Shown: piece after piece, positions 16,395 through 25,507 of the stretch | Layout: each line of letters opens with the position of its first letter | How positions within the stretch are numbered: position 1 is the first letter of the stretch | Assembly (NCBI GenBank): GCA_021796175.1 | Contig: JAJYOM010000001.1 | Location: forward strand, 1-37,167 | Direction of reading: 5' to 3' | DNA length: 37,167 nucleotides | From: Thermoplasmata archaeon | GTDB lineage: Archaea; Thermoplasmatota; Thermoplasmata; Sysuiplasmatales; Sysuiplasmataceae | Notes under the pieces: generated by a model | Told to the model about the DNA's origin: nothing | The model's database searches: none | Seen by the model: the letters and a program-made list of their open reading frames with translations, nothing else | Program-made: the position numbers and the translations under genes

Positions 16395-19300
16395 ATGTAT
16401 CCCTACTGCCTGTACCCCGCCATTTCTGGCAACCAGATTGCCTTCGTTTCAGAGGATGACCTGTGGACCTACAGCCTCGAGGACAGGACTGTCATGAGGC
16501 TTGTATCCAACATTGGCGTTATCAGCAGACCGTCATTTTCACGTGACGGCAAATGGCTTGCGTTCAGATCGCTCAGACGTGGCGGTCCTCCGGTGACTGA
16601 GGTCTTTGTGATACCTTCAGACGGAGGTTTGTTGAAGCAGCTGACGTATCTTGGCTCAGCCAACACAGATATTGCAGGCTGGACTCCTGATGGCAGGATT
16701 GTGATAAGCACCGATGTGGAAACACCATTTCGGGCTGAGACTGAACTCTACACAGTGGGCCTGGAAGGCGGATATCTGGAACCTATGAACCTTGGTCCGG
16801 CCTCATCTATTCTGTACGCAGACCATACGCTGTTTCTGGGCAGGAACACCCACGAACTGATGAACTGGAAGAGATACCGTGGAGGAACAAGGGGGAAGAT
16901 CTGGGTATCCGGCGATGGAAAAACATTCTCGAAGTTCCTTGAGCTGGAAACAGGAGTAACCTCTCCGATGATTGCAGAAGGGAGGTTCTATTTCATTTCC
17001 GATCACGAGGGAACTGGCAACATCTACTCAGTCGACTTTCATGGCGGCGACATGAAGAGGCACACCGATTTCAATGATTACTATGTCAGGAACGCAAGCA
17101 GCGACGGCAAGAAGATTGTGTTCCATTCCGGAGGGGATCTCTACATATTGGACATAGCGACTTCAAAGGTGTCCAAGCTGGAACTTGAACTGCCGAATTC
17201 CGGATTGAAGAGAAATGAGAGATTCGTTGAAAACGGCAAGTTCATGACCGAATTTGCGATTGACAGGGAGGGTGACATGGTCGCGTTCGTTATACGCGGC
17301 AGGCTGTTCGCAATGGGAAACTGGGAAGGCCCTGTTTTTCCGGTAGAATTCGGAGGACCGGGGAGGGCAAGGCTCTGCAGCTTCCTTGGCGATGGCGACA
17401 GAATGATCGGCGTCACCGATTTCGGAGGCAGCGATTCAATCTTTGTTCACACTCTCCGAAATGGAAATAGTGAACTTGTGAAACACGATTTCGGACTTAT
17501 AGAGGCACTCACCCCGGAACCCGGCGGAAAGAGGGCGCTGGCGGCCAACAACAGGTTCGAGCTATTCCTCATAGACCTGGAAAAGAGAAGTGTAACGCAG
17601 ATCGACAGAAGCGAGGCGGGTATTATCAGCGATTTGACCTGGCACCCGGACGGCAGGCATGCTGCGTATACGTTTCCAACAATGAGCAGAAGGAGTGTGG
17701 TTGTCATCGCCGACACCGAGTCAGGCAACAAGAGGAATGTCACCACGGAGGGTTCAATTGACACCAGTCCTGTATTTGACCCGAAAGGCAAATATCTTTA
17801 CTACCTCTCTCAGCGGACGCTTGATCCGGTTTATGACAAATTCGTCTTCGACCTCGGATATCCTGCCGCAGCAAAGCCTTATGCAGTGCGGCTGAGGAGA
17901 GACTTACCAAGCCTTTTCAGACCAGTCCCGAAAATGCTGAGGGAAAAAGAAAGCGAGGAGAAGGGAGTGGAGATGGATGGAATGGAGGAGAGATCTGAGC
18001 CATTTCCTGTACAGGCGGGAGACTATACCAAGATACTTGCGGCCGAAGACCGTGTACTTTTCCTCAAGTTTCCTGTAGAAGGATCGATGAAATACTGGTC
18101 CCTGTCAAAGACAACCAGGGAAAACGGGGAACTGGATGGATACAATCTGGATGAGAGGAAGACTTACACAGCCGTTTCTGGAATATCCGATGCTCAACTG
18201 AGCGGCAATGCCAAAAGGATCCTTGTGACAGGGGATGCACGGTTCAGGATAATCGATTCGACTAAAGCCGATGAGAAACTCGCTCCAGGCGAGGAGCCGT
18301 CCAAGGCGACCGGTTACATAGACACTGAGCGAATAAAGTGCCTTATTGAACCGGAAAAGGAGTGGAAGCAGATGTTCAGGGAGGCATGGGTTCTTATGAA
18401 GGAGAATTACTGGAACCCGAACCGGGTTGGAAAGGAGTGGGATGCTGTTTTCACAAGATACGGCAAGCTGCTCGATCGCCTGGGCTCTCGCCGGGAACTG
18501 TCTGATCTGATTTCTGAGGTTCAGGGAGAGCTGGGAACTTCACATGCATATGAGATAGGAGCCGATGTATCACAGGACAACAGCTACAGGGTCGGGAGAC
18601 TTGGTGCGAAACTGAAGTTCAATGGCACAGGATATGAGATTCTGAAAATATACAGGGGCGACCCTTCAAATGAGGATGAGAAGTCGCCGCTTCTGGCCTG
18701 TTCGGTTCCACTGGCCGTGGGAGATGTCATAACGTCCATTGCGGGCAGAAGACTCTCAGAAACAATGACTCCTGAAAGGGCCCTTCTCAACATACTCCAT
18801 GAAGACGTTCTCCTGGTTGTCAGAACCAGGGATGGGGAGAAGGTTGCATCTGTGATGACACTCGCGGATGACGGCAGTCTGAGATACAGGAGCTGGGTTG
18901 AGGAAAAGAGAAAATTTGTCCACGAACGGACAGAAGGAAGAGTTGGGTACATACATGTGCCTGACATGGGCCCCTCAGGGTTCAACGAGTTCCACAGAAT
19001 GCTTGCAGAGGAGTCGTCGAAGGAAGGGCTCATAGTTGATGTGCGCCACAACGGCGGAGGTCACGTTTCGGAGCTCCTGCTTGAGAAGCTCGTCAGAAGA
19101 ATAATAGGCTTCGACAGACCAAGAAAGGGCAGGTTGGAACGGTATCCCCAGTATTCGGTAAATGGACCAATAGTGGCAGTGACTGACGAAAATGCCGGAT
19201 CGGACGGAGACATCTTCAGCCATTCGTTCAAACTGTATAGAATCGGACCGCTGATAGGAACCAGAACCTGGGGAGGAGTTGTTGGTATTGATCCAAGGCA

Positions 19301-19526
19301 TGATCTTGTTGATGGCACTGTAATCACTCAGCCGCAATTTGCATTCTGGTTCAAAGATGTGGGCTGGGGGGTTGAGAATTATGGAACCGATCCGACAATT
19401 CAGGTGGAATTTCCACCGCACGATCACACTCTGGGCAATGATCCGCAGCTTCAGAGGGCAATCGACGAGTGTCTTTCGCTGATTGCGAACAACGGCCGTT
19501 TCCTGGAGGAGCCGAAGCTGCCCTGA
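16395..19526 (+). CDS. tri: Tricorn protease
   Basis: 1043 aa, collinear with T. acidophilum tricorn: N-terminus YPAISGNQIAFVSEDDLW, YRGGTRGKIW, GTSHAYE (catalytic His codon 18543-18545), AGSDGDIFS (catalytic Ser codon 19200-19202), GTRTWGGVVGI. Confidence 0.93.
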   Translation: MYPYCLYPAISGNQIAFVSEDDLWTYSLEDRTVMRLVSNIGVISRPSFSRDGKWLAFRSLRRGGPPVTEVFVIPSDGGLLKQLTYLGSANTDIAGWTPDGRIVISTDVETPFRAETELYTVGLEGGYLEPMNLGPASSILYADHTLFLGRNTHELMNWKRYRGGTRGKIWVSGDGKTFSKFLELETGVTSPMIAEGRFYFISDHEGTGNIYSVDFHGGDMKRHTDFNDYYVRNASSDGKKIVFHSGGDLYILDIATSKVSKLELELPNSGLKRNERFVENGKFMTEFAIDREGDMVAFVIRGRLFAMGNWEGPVFPVEFGGPGRARLCSFLGDGDRMIGVTDFGGSDSIFVHTLRNGNSELVKHDFGLIEALTPEPGGKRALAANNRFELFLIDLEKRSVTQIDRSEAGIISDLTWHPDGRHAAYTFPTMSRRSVVVIADTESGNKRNVTTEGSIDTSPVFDPKGKYLYYLSQRTLDPVYDKFVFDLGYPAAAKPYAVRLRRDLPSLFRPVPKMLREKESEEKGVEMDGMEERSEPFPVQAGDYTKILAAEDRVLFLKFPVEGSMKYWSLSKTTRENGELDGYNLDERKTYTAVSGISDAQLSGNAKRILVTGDARFRIIDSTKADEKLAPGEEPSKATGYIDTERIKCLIEPEKEWKQMFREAWVLMKENYWNPNRVGKEWDAVFTRYGKLLDRLGSRRELSDLISEVQGELGTSHAYEIGADVSQDNSYRVGRLGAKLKFNGTGYEILKIYRGDPSNEDEKSPLLACSVPLAVGDVITSIAGRRLSETMTPERALLNILHEDVLLVVRTRDGEKVASVMTLADDGSLRYRSWVEEKRKFVHERTEGRVGYIHVPDMGPSGFNEFHRMLAEESSKEGLIVDVRHNGGGHVSELLLEKLVRRIIGFDRPRKGRLERYPQYSVNGPIVAVTDENAGSDGDIFSHSFKLYRIGPLIGTRTWGGVVGIDPRHDLVDGTVITQPQFAFWFKDVGWGVENYGTDPTIQVEFPPHDHTLGNDPQLQRAIDECLSLIANNGRFLEEPKLP

Positions 19527-19605
19527 TTCTACGAACCAGTGCAATCATGGAGGATGTCGCTGCTGAACGCAGAAGCAGACTGAAGCGGTTGGGATAACAG
19601 CGTAC

Positions 19606-19612
19606 TTAATAA
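19606..19612 (+). promoter_or_regulatory. TATA-like box (TTAATAA)
   Basis: Located 24-30 nt upstream of ATG 19636. Confidence 0.35.
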
Positions 19613-19635
19613 GTGCAGTTCGCACTTTCCCTCCG

Positions 19636-19998
19636 ATGAGTTGGCAGGACGGAATGATAGAGTATTCTATCGTATGGACTATTCCGACGGGCAAAACAGA
19701 TGAATTCAAAACGCTGGCCTCAGAGGCGATTGAGATTTCAAGAAATGAGTCGCCCGTCAAGGAGTACAGGTGGTTTTTCAATGAGGACGAAACCAGATGC
19801 GGACTGATCGAGAGATATCCCGGCCCGGAGGCGATTGTAGAACATCTGAAGCTGGTAGGCGGTGTACTGGCAAAGATGCTTGAGATTGGCAGGATAAGCA
19901 GATTCGATGTTCTCGGCAGCCTCGATGAAAAGACCAGGAACATGGTGGAGAAGATGGGCGCACGCGTTTACACTCCCTGGGACGGCTTCAAGAAGTGA
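19636..19998 (+). CDS. Small ABM-like (dimeric alpha/beta-barrel) protein, function unknown
   Basis: 120 aa. The pattern IEYSIVWTIPTGKTDEFKTLASEAIEISRNESPVKEYRWFFNEDETRCGLIERYPGPEAIVEHLK resembles antibiotic-biosynthesis-monooxygenase-type domains. Assignment from motif memory only. Confidence 0.5.
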   Translation: MSWQDGMIEYSIVWTIPTGKTDEFKTLASEAIEISRNESPVKEYRWFFNEDETRCGLIERYPGPEAIVEHLKLVGGVLAKMLEIGRISRFDVLGSLDEKTRNMVEKMGARVYTPWDGFKK

Positions 19999-20005
19999 AT
20001 GCGTC

Positions 20006-20012
20006 TTAAAAT
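20006..20012 (+). promoter_or_regulatory. TATA-like box (TTAAAAT)
   Basis: Located 22-28 nt upstream of ATG 20034. Confidence 0.35.
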
Positions 20013-20033
20013 CAATTAGAACCGGATGCTCAT

Positions 20034-20867
20034 ATGATATCACAGGAGAGAAGGGCCAAGGAGTTCAGGAAAATGCACAGCGGCAGGCACATCCTCCTCC
20101 TGCCGAATGCATGGGACGTGCCGAGCGCGAGGGTATTTGAAGATGAGGGGTTCAGAGCTGTGGCCACCTCGAGCGCCGGCATGATGGCCTCCCTTGGCTA
20201 TCCGGATGGTGAGGACATCAGCATGGATGATTTCACCGCTGCAATAAGAAGGATAGCTGCGGCACTTTCAGTACCGCTCAGTGCCGATATAGTGGGAGGG
20301 TTCGGCAGTACGCCGCATGAAGTGAAGAGGACTGTGCTCGCTGTGCTGAGAACGGGCGCAATAGGCGTTAACCTGGAGGATTTCAGGCACGGGACAGGGA
20401 AGCTTGTCAGTCTTGAAAAACAGCTTGAGAGGCTGGAAGCAGTGAGGGAGGCAGGCGATTCAAGTGGAATTCCCGTTGTCATCAACGCAAGAACAGATGC
20501 ACTGAGGTTTGCCTCAGGGGGCAGAGAGGAGAAGCTGAAGGAGGCCATAAGGCGGTCAAGAGCCTACAGGGACTGGGGTGCGGACTGCGTCTACCCGATG
20601 GGACTTTCCGATAGTGGGGAAATTGAAAGGTTTGTGTCAGCGCTGGAATTCACTACAAATGTCATGGTCAGGAAGGGGTTACCGCATGTGAGTGAGCTGG
20701 AGCGCTTGGGTGTTGCCAGACTCAGTTTCGGCCCAGCTGCATCTTACGCGGCAATGGGATTGCTTAAGAGGGCCTCAAGAGAGGTAATCGATGAAGGCAC
20801 ATACAGCAAACTCACAGATGGTGCGATAACATTCGATGAACTCAACAGGCTGGCGGTGAGAAAGTGA
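20034..20867 (+). CDS. Isocitrate lyase / PEP mutase superfamily enzyme (methylisocitrate lyase / carboxy-PEP mutase-like)
   Basis: N-terminal FRKMHSGRHILLLPNAWDVPSARVFEDEGFRAVATSSAG, GVNLED, VVINARTDA; 277 aa. Confidence 0.85.
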   Translation: MISQERRAKEFRKMHSGRHILLLPNAWDVPSARVFEDEGFRAVATSSAGMMASLGYPDGEDISMDDFTAAIRRIAAALSVPLSADIVGGFGSTPHEVKRTVLAVLRTGAIGVNLEDFRHGTGKLVSLEKQLERLEAVREAGDSSGIPVVINARTDALRFASGGREEKLKEAIRRSRAYRDWGADCVYPMGLSDSGEIERFVSALEFTTNVMVRKGLPHVSELERLGVARLSFGPAASYAAMGLLKRASREVIDEGTYSKLTDGAITFDELNRLAVRK

Positions 20868-21012
20868 GGCATGAGAGTATAGAGACAGTGATGGCATTCC
20901 CAAAAAATCTGCGTTTGTGTTCCAGAAGATGAGCAGATGCTCTCCCAGGTTATGTTGTGGTCAGGTGATGTCTTCACTTACACCATGCTTTAAATTAGCG
21001 TCTGAGCGAAAT

Positions 21013-21726
21013 TCAGAACTGCCCTCCAGGCATTGGCGGAGTTGCTCCGGGAGCCCGCAGGGTGGTCAAACTTCTCCTCACCATGAGATATGCCCAAGCG
21101 AACAGTGCGAACGGCACTCCAAGCAGTAACAGCGCGAATTCATAGGGCATAGACGGTGGGATTAACACGAATGCATGATTGTAGGCAAAACCCGCAACGG
21201 TCACGCCGACCGCGCCACCCAGACCGCCGAAAAATACCTGACCCGCCTGAAATACAGCGAGATAGCCGCCGAAAAGCAGCCAGGCGCCATATGCAATCCA
21301 TAGCAGATTCCTGCCGTTCTCTGCCATGAGTTCCTGCACGGAAAACACGAACGTGAGCCCGGCCACTGCTCCCGCAACAATGTCCAGAGCAAGCAATATG
21401 AAGAAACTGGATACAAGGGAACGCATTGCAGATGAACGGATGGCTGGAACTTCAATTGCATACAGCTGAGAATAAAGACTGTAAATCACGACTGCTGACA
21501 AGATCATGCCCATAACAAAGCACCAAAGAGAAATCAGGACACTTCTTGAGTGCTTCGGGCTGAATGCGGTCCGCCCGGTAATGAGCAGAATCAGGGCAGC
21601 CACTTCCATAACGTAACCTGCAAATTGCAGGTAGGGAATCCACATAAGCAGAACCGATGCGAGGAGAAGTGTGATGCCGTTGATAGTCAGTCTGATATTC
21701 CTCTGATTATAAACCGTGGGGGACAT
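21013..21726 (-). CDS. Hypothetical polytopic membrane protein
   Basis: About 7 hydrophobic segments with a Pro/Gly-rich C-terminal tail. I favour ATG 21726 (A/T-rich box 26-32 nt upstream). The track ORF extends to GTG 21783. Confidence 0.6.
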   Translation of the reverse strand: MSPTVYNQRNIRLTINGITLLLASVLLMWIPYLQFAGYVMEVAALILLITGRTAFSPKHSRSVLISLWCFVMGMILSAVVIYSLYSQLYAIEVPAIRSSAMRSLVSSFFILLALDIVAGAVAGLTFVFSVQELMAENGRNLLWIAYGAWLLFGGYLAVFQAGQVFFGGLGGAVGVTVAGFAYNHAFVLIPPSMPYEFALLLLGVPFALFAWAYLMVRRSLTTLRAPGATPPMPGGQF

Positions 21727-22165
21727 GCAGTAAAATAAGACCTTATACACGAATAAAGAACTTCCTGTCATTGTCTCAACCACACTGAATGCGCAAGAAC
21801 TTCAGGCATTGCTGAGCCGATTCCAGACTGGTAGATGCTGAATGAAAAAACCGCACTTGCTCAGGCTACTTGCATAATCGAACAATCGTTCAACAGTCTG
21901 TTGGCGCACCTGAGCCTGAAAATTTCGTAACCCTCTATACCCTCCTGCCGAGCTCCTGGAGATTTCTTTCTGCACTGTCCCAGAGCTCATTATCTTTCAT
22001 TCGACCCAAAAAGTGTCCCTTATTACCTAGGTCATCAGACGTCTTCGTTTACAGGGTATCGTGACAACTATGATGTCTGAAGGAGACCTTTACAGTTCTT
22101 CTTAATCTGGCGCGGCGCATCATTGTGCAGCTGCGAATCGATTGCAATTTACTCTTTTTAGTCCT

Positions 22166-22202
22166 TAAGTCAGCTCAAGTTCTACGCGTAGAGGCTGACT
22201 TA
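22166..22202. repeat. Nested inverted repeat (9-bp outer stem TAAGTCAGC/GCTGACTTA enclosing the 10-nt palindrome CTACGCGTAG) in a gene-poor gap
   Basis: Outer arms at 22166-22174 and 22194-22202; inner palindrome at 22182-22191. No convincing ORF covers it. Confidence 0.4.
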
Positions 22203-22410
22203 GCCCTCTCGTCCGGCAATTTCCAGGATGTCAGGATTGTGATATTCAGTACAGTTGAGTCGGGGACATTCAGAACAATCTGCAATTGGCGTGAACACAG
22301 ATGGTCACGACTATTGTAATTATTATTCCCGAATGGCGCGGACTGCAGGTAGAAAGCAATCCCAGAAACAATTTTATCTTAGAAAGTGACTCCGACATTG
22401 GGGTCCTGAT

Positions 22411-22590
22411 ATGAAGGCAACATTTGCATGCAAAGACATTGGCATGAAGTGCAATTTCGAAACGGAGGCTGCCACAAAAGAAAGTCTGATGCCTAAAATT
22501 GCGGAACACGCGAAGAAGGCACACGGTATATCAACAATTCCCGATGACCTTAGGAGCAAAGTCTCAGCCGCAATCAAGATAAAGCCCTGA
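22411..22590 (+). CDS. DUF1059-type small protein (59 aa), not present in the supplied ORF track
   Basis: Hand translation: MKATFACKDIGMKCNFETEAATKESLMPKIAEHAKKAHGISTIPDDLRSKVSAAIKIKP. This matches the DUF1059 pattern MKxFxCxDxGxxCxF...HAxxxHG...KVxxAIK. ATG 22411, TGA 22588-22590. Confidence 0.8.
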   Translation: MKATFACKDIGMKCNFETEAATKESLMPKIAEHAKKAHGISTIPDDLRSKVSAAIKIKP

Positions 22591-22658
22591 ACTACGGCAG
22601 GCCACCTGGATTACAGGCGCTGTGCAGCGAGCCAATCTTTCCATCATATGACCGGAAA

Positions 22659-22794
22659 ATAGCGCCATAGCGCCAAGTCTAAGACTCTGCATTTGGACAC
22701 GGCTAGTTATTGACTTGGCCCGTGAATTTGGATTTTATTAACAACTGATAACTGATTCATCAACGTTTGACGCAGCTGTCATGCATGTCATGCA
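22659..22794. repeat. Cluster of three adjacent-copy micro-duplications upstream of the Rieske/cyt b operon
   Basis: ATAGCGCC x2 (22659-22674), AACTGAT x2 (22743-22756), TGTCATGCA x2 (22777-22794). Confidence 0.5.
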
Positions 22795-22901
22795 GTCGAA
22801 TTATGGCAAGCTAAAAATCCAAATATACTGAGACAATACAACTCTCAGAGGGAGTTGCAATGCGTGCGAATCAAGACACAGTCGTGCGATTGTTACACGC
22901 C

Positions 22902-22909
22902 ATAATATA
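22902..22909 (+). promoter_or_regulatory. TATA-like box (ATAATATA) for the Rieske/cyt b operon
   Basis: Located 19-26 nt upstream of GTG 22928. Confidence 0.4.
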
Positions 22910-22927
22910 CCTTCAGGATATGAGGAT

Positions 22928-23785
22928 GTGACTGAACCTTCCAAGGTAAATGAAAAGAAAGACAAAACAGAGTTAGAGAGGAGAACGTTCATAAAGGCTC
23001 TTGCTGCATCTTCGGCGGCCCTGCTTTTTGGCGGACTGTCTTTTGAGAGTTACATAAATCCTGAAGCACGTAAAACAGCACTGTTGCAGGGATATCCCGT
23101 TGCTGTTCTTGTTGACAGTTCAGGCAAACCAATCACTGTGGACAAAATACCGACAGCCACACAAAACAGCTCTTCGTATCCGATCATGATGTTCAACTAC
23201 CCTCTCCAGGACGAGCCGAACATACTTGTGAAACTGAAGGGCCCCAGTCAGCCGATTCCCGGCGCAGTTGCCCTTCCCACGGGTGAGTACCTGACAGCAT
23301 TCAGTGGGATATGTCAGCATCTTGGATGTGTCGTGCCGCTCCTTGACTATCACCCCCATGACAGCATCCCTTTTGAAGCTCAGCTAATCGGTTACAACGC
23401 GACAAACTGGCCGACGTACGGACTGCTGTTCTGCAAATGCCATGGCAGCCAGTACGACCCGACAAAGGGCCCGCACAACCTGTACAATTCGGGCCCTGCG
23501 CCAAGTCCTGCAAATCACTCACTTCCACAGGTCCTGCTGTCTGTGGATTCAAGCGGTTATGTGTATGCAACCGGACTCAATCCGGTAAATGCGGTGATAA
23601 GGACGCACCTGTGGCAGCCGGGAGGAGAAGAATACGGTAGCGGAGTTGAAGCGGAGAATCTCTCCGGGGGCACACTTTTGCCCACCTATGACGGCCCCGC
23701 TCTGAGTCCTTCAGTGCAGGTGACTGGAACGATTTACAAATCGATAGTGATCAGCAGTGCGAACGGCCCATGGCCCCAGCAATAG
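22928..23785 (+). CDS. Rieske [2Fe-2S] protein with twin-arginine signal/anchor
   Basis: ERRTFIKALAASSAALLF (RR codons 22979-22984). Box I CQHLGC (23312-23329), box II CKCHGS (23432-23449). GTG is the first possible start in this frame. Confidence 0.9.
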   Translation: MTEPSKVNEKKDKTELERRTFIKALAASSAALLFGGLSFESYINPEARKTALLQGYPVAVLVDSSGKPITVDKIPTATQNSSSYPIMMFNYPLQDEPNILVKLKGPSQPIPGAVALPTGEYLTAFSGICQHLGCVVPLLDYHPHDSIPFEAQLIGYNATNWPTYGLLFCKCHGSQYDPTKGPHNLYNSGPAPSPANHSLPQVLLSVDSSGYVYATGLNPVNAVIRTHLWQPGGEEYGSGVEAENLSGGTLLPTYDGPALSPSVQVTGTIYKSIVISSANGPWPQQ

Positions 23786-23797
23786 GGGTGAGGAGAT

Positions 23798-24988
23798 TTG
23801 GGAGAACAGAACGAATACAATCCCTTGAGCCTGATGAAACAGGAGGAGGTTCCTGAAGGCTCTTACACGATTTCATTTCTCCCCCTAACAAAGAGGCAGC
23901 TCCGGCTTGATTACTGGACTGGGGCATTCCTGGCAGCGGCTGTCGTCTACCAGATAGTCACTGGCATCCTGCTTGCGTACTACTATCAATCCGGAAACGG
24001 ATATGGCTCGACTACAGCCATCATCTCCAGTGTCCCTTTCGGACATGTGCTCCTTACTTCTCACCTTTACATGGCTTATGCGATGGTCGCGATGGTCTAC
24101 TTCCATATGTTCAGGCAGTATTTTGTGGGGGCGTACAGAGGCAGATGGAGATGGCTGCAATGGATTATCGGTGTTATTCTTTTCCTGCTTGTCAATGCAA
24201 TCGCTTCGATTGGATACATGCTTACCGTGTCTGTACAGAGTATTCTGGGACTTCACGTTTCTGAGCTCCTTATCCAGAGGAGCATTATCGGCAGACTCTC
24301 GCCAGGTATAGCCGGATGGCTCACTGCGGTTCTCGTCGGGAACGGTACTACAGCCGAGTCCCTCAGTCATCTCCTTGTCCTGCATGCGGCAATACTCAGC
24401 GTAATAGTCCTGGCTCTTGTCGGAGTCCATTTCTTCCTGTATGAGAAATCAGGACCATACGATCCCGAGCCGCCAAAGGAAAAGGAGAAGAAGATTCCCT
24501 GGTTCCCGGTCAACCTGCTGTACACCGTATTCATTTCACTCATATTCATAGCGGGGGTCCTGGTAGCCTCCGCCCTCATACCGCAAGTACTCCCTCCGGA
24601 CTATGGTCAGCTTGTATACGGTACGACACCGTTTCCTGACTGGTACGAAATGCCTGTTTACAAACTGATGGACGTCGCTGGACTTGGGCTCTCAACAGGC
24701 GGTGTTCCGCTTGTCTTTGCCCTGTTGATCTATCTGGTCCTGGTTCCATTTATTGACAGGTACAAGGGAAACGGACCACTGGAAAGACCAATGATTACAT
24801 TCATGGGAGTTTTCATCATCCTATTCTGGCTCGTGGTTGGTTTGTGGGGATACGCTCAGCCTGGCCTGTCTCAGACCCGGCCCTTGACTTTGTACATGCT
24901 CTATGCACTTACTTTCTGCGCAATAGTTCCTGTATATGCGATGAAACATGCCAAGAAGGATTTGAGCAAACAGGTGGTGAAGTCATGA
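23798..24988 (+). CDS. Cytochrome b (b + subunit-IV-like fused, archaeal SoxC/SoxN-like)
   Basis: 396 aa, about 9-10 TM segments. Bis-His pairs HLYMAYAMVAMVYFH (Hx13H) and HAAILSVIVLALVGVH (Hx14H). TTG 23798 (or ATG 23834), 12 nt after the Rieske stop. Confidence 0.85.
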   Translation: MGEQNEYNPLSLMKQEEVPEGSYTISFLPLTKRQLRLDYWTGAFLAAAVVYQIVTGILLAYYYQSGNGYGSTTAIISSVPFGHVLLTSHLYMAYAMVAMVYFHMFRQYFVGAYRGRWRWLQWIIGVILFLLVNAIASIGYMLTVSVQSILGLHVSELLIQRSIIGRLSPGIAGWLTAVLVGNGTTAESLSHLLVLHAAILSVIVLALVGVHFFLYEKSGPYDPEPPKEKEKKIPWFPVNLLYTVFISLIFIAGVLVASALIPQVLPPDYGQLVYGTTPFPDWYEMPVYKLMDVAGLGLSTGGVPLVFALLIYLVLVPFIDRYKGNGPLERPMITFMGVFIILFWLVVGLWGYAQPGLSQTRPLTLYMLYALTFCAIVPVYAMKHAKKDLSKQVVKS

Positions 24989-25179
24989 AGGCGGTCTACC
25001 TGTATCCTGTTGTTGCGGTTCAGTTTGTCATCGCCCTTGCAATGTGGTACATTTCACTTACAAACCCGGTAGGGTATCAGTCAGAATGGGCGATTCTTCT
25101 GGCCGTCGAGCTCTTTTTGCTCGCAATTGTCATCCTTTCAGCCATCAGATATTTCGTGGGTGATAAGCTTGGAAGATAA
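24985..25179 (+). CDS. Small 2-TM membrane protein (64 aa), candidate accessory subunit
   Basis: The ATG overlaps the cytochrome b stop (ATGA 24985-24988). MKAVYLYPVVAVQFVIALAMWYISL...WAILLAVELFLLAIVILSAI. The track shows a longer shadow start at 24844 inside cyt b. Confidence 0.55.
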   Translation: MKAVYLYPVVAVQFVIALAMWYISLTNPVGYQSEWAILLAVELFLLAIVILSAIRYFVGDKLGR

Positions 25180-25204
25180 GGCTCTTAAGGCATATTATGC
25201 CTCG

Positions 25205-25507
25205 ATGATATTGTTTCTGCTTGGCTCGATATTTGTAATACTTTTTGGAGTGGTCATAGAACCGGTTGTCGGACTGTATCATGAGAACACACGTTCGATG
25301 ATATCACCAATCTTCGGCAACTTTTACAACTTCATAATGGCACTCGCGTTGATCGCATCGATAATTACAACGATGTCGCTTGCTCTGTTCGTCATTTCAT
25401 ATCTGCTGGCAAGAAAATCCAGTTTGAAGATGTCCAGAGTGACACTGCTCTTTCCACTACTGCTTTACACATTCTCTTATGCCCTGATAGTGGTGAGCCT
25501 TAAATGA
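25205..25507 (+). CDS. Small 3-TM membrane protein (~100 aa), candidate accessory subunit
   Basis: MILFLLGSIFVILFGVVIEPV...NFIMALALIASIITTMSLALFVISYLL...LLFPLLLYTFSYALIVVSL. The start is uncertain (ATG 25205; GTG 25160 and TTG 25169 are also in frame). Confidence 0.5.
   Translation: MILFLLGSIFVILFGVVIEPVVGLYHENTRSMISPIFGNFYNFIMALALIASIITTMSLALFVISYLLARKSSLKMSRVTLLFPLLLYTFSYALIVVSLK

Noticed and set aside
18975-19544. 189-aa antisense ORF inside the 3' end of the tricorn gene; also 18584-19051 and the other internal minus-strand ORFs.
   Set aside because: The tricorn frame is conserved end to end, including the catalytic Ser and His. The antisense translations are low-complexity with no start-context support.
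23885-24430. 181-aa antisense ORF within cytochrome b.
   Set aside because: The + frame gives canonical TM helices with bis-His heme ligands. The antisense product is hydrophilic, looks non-coding, and has no promoter box.
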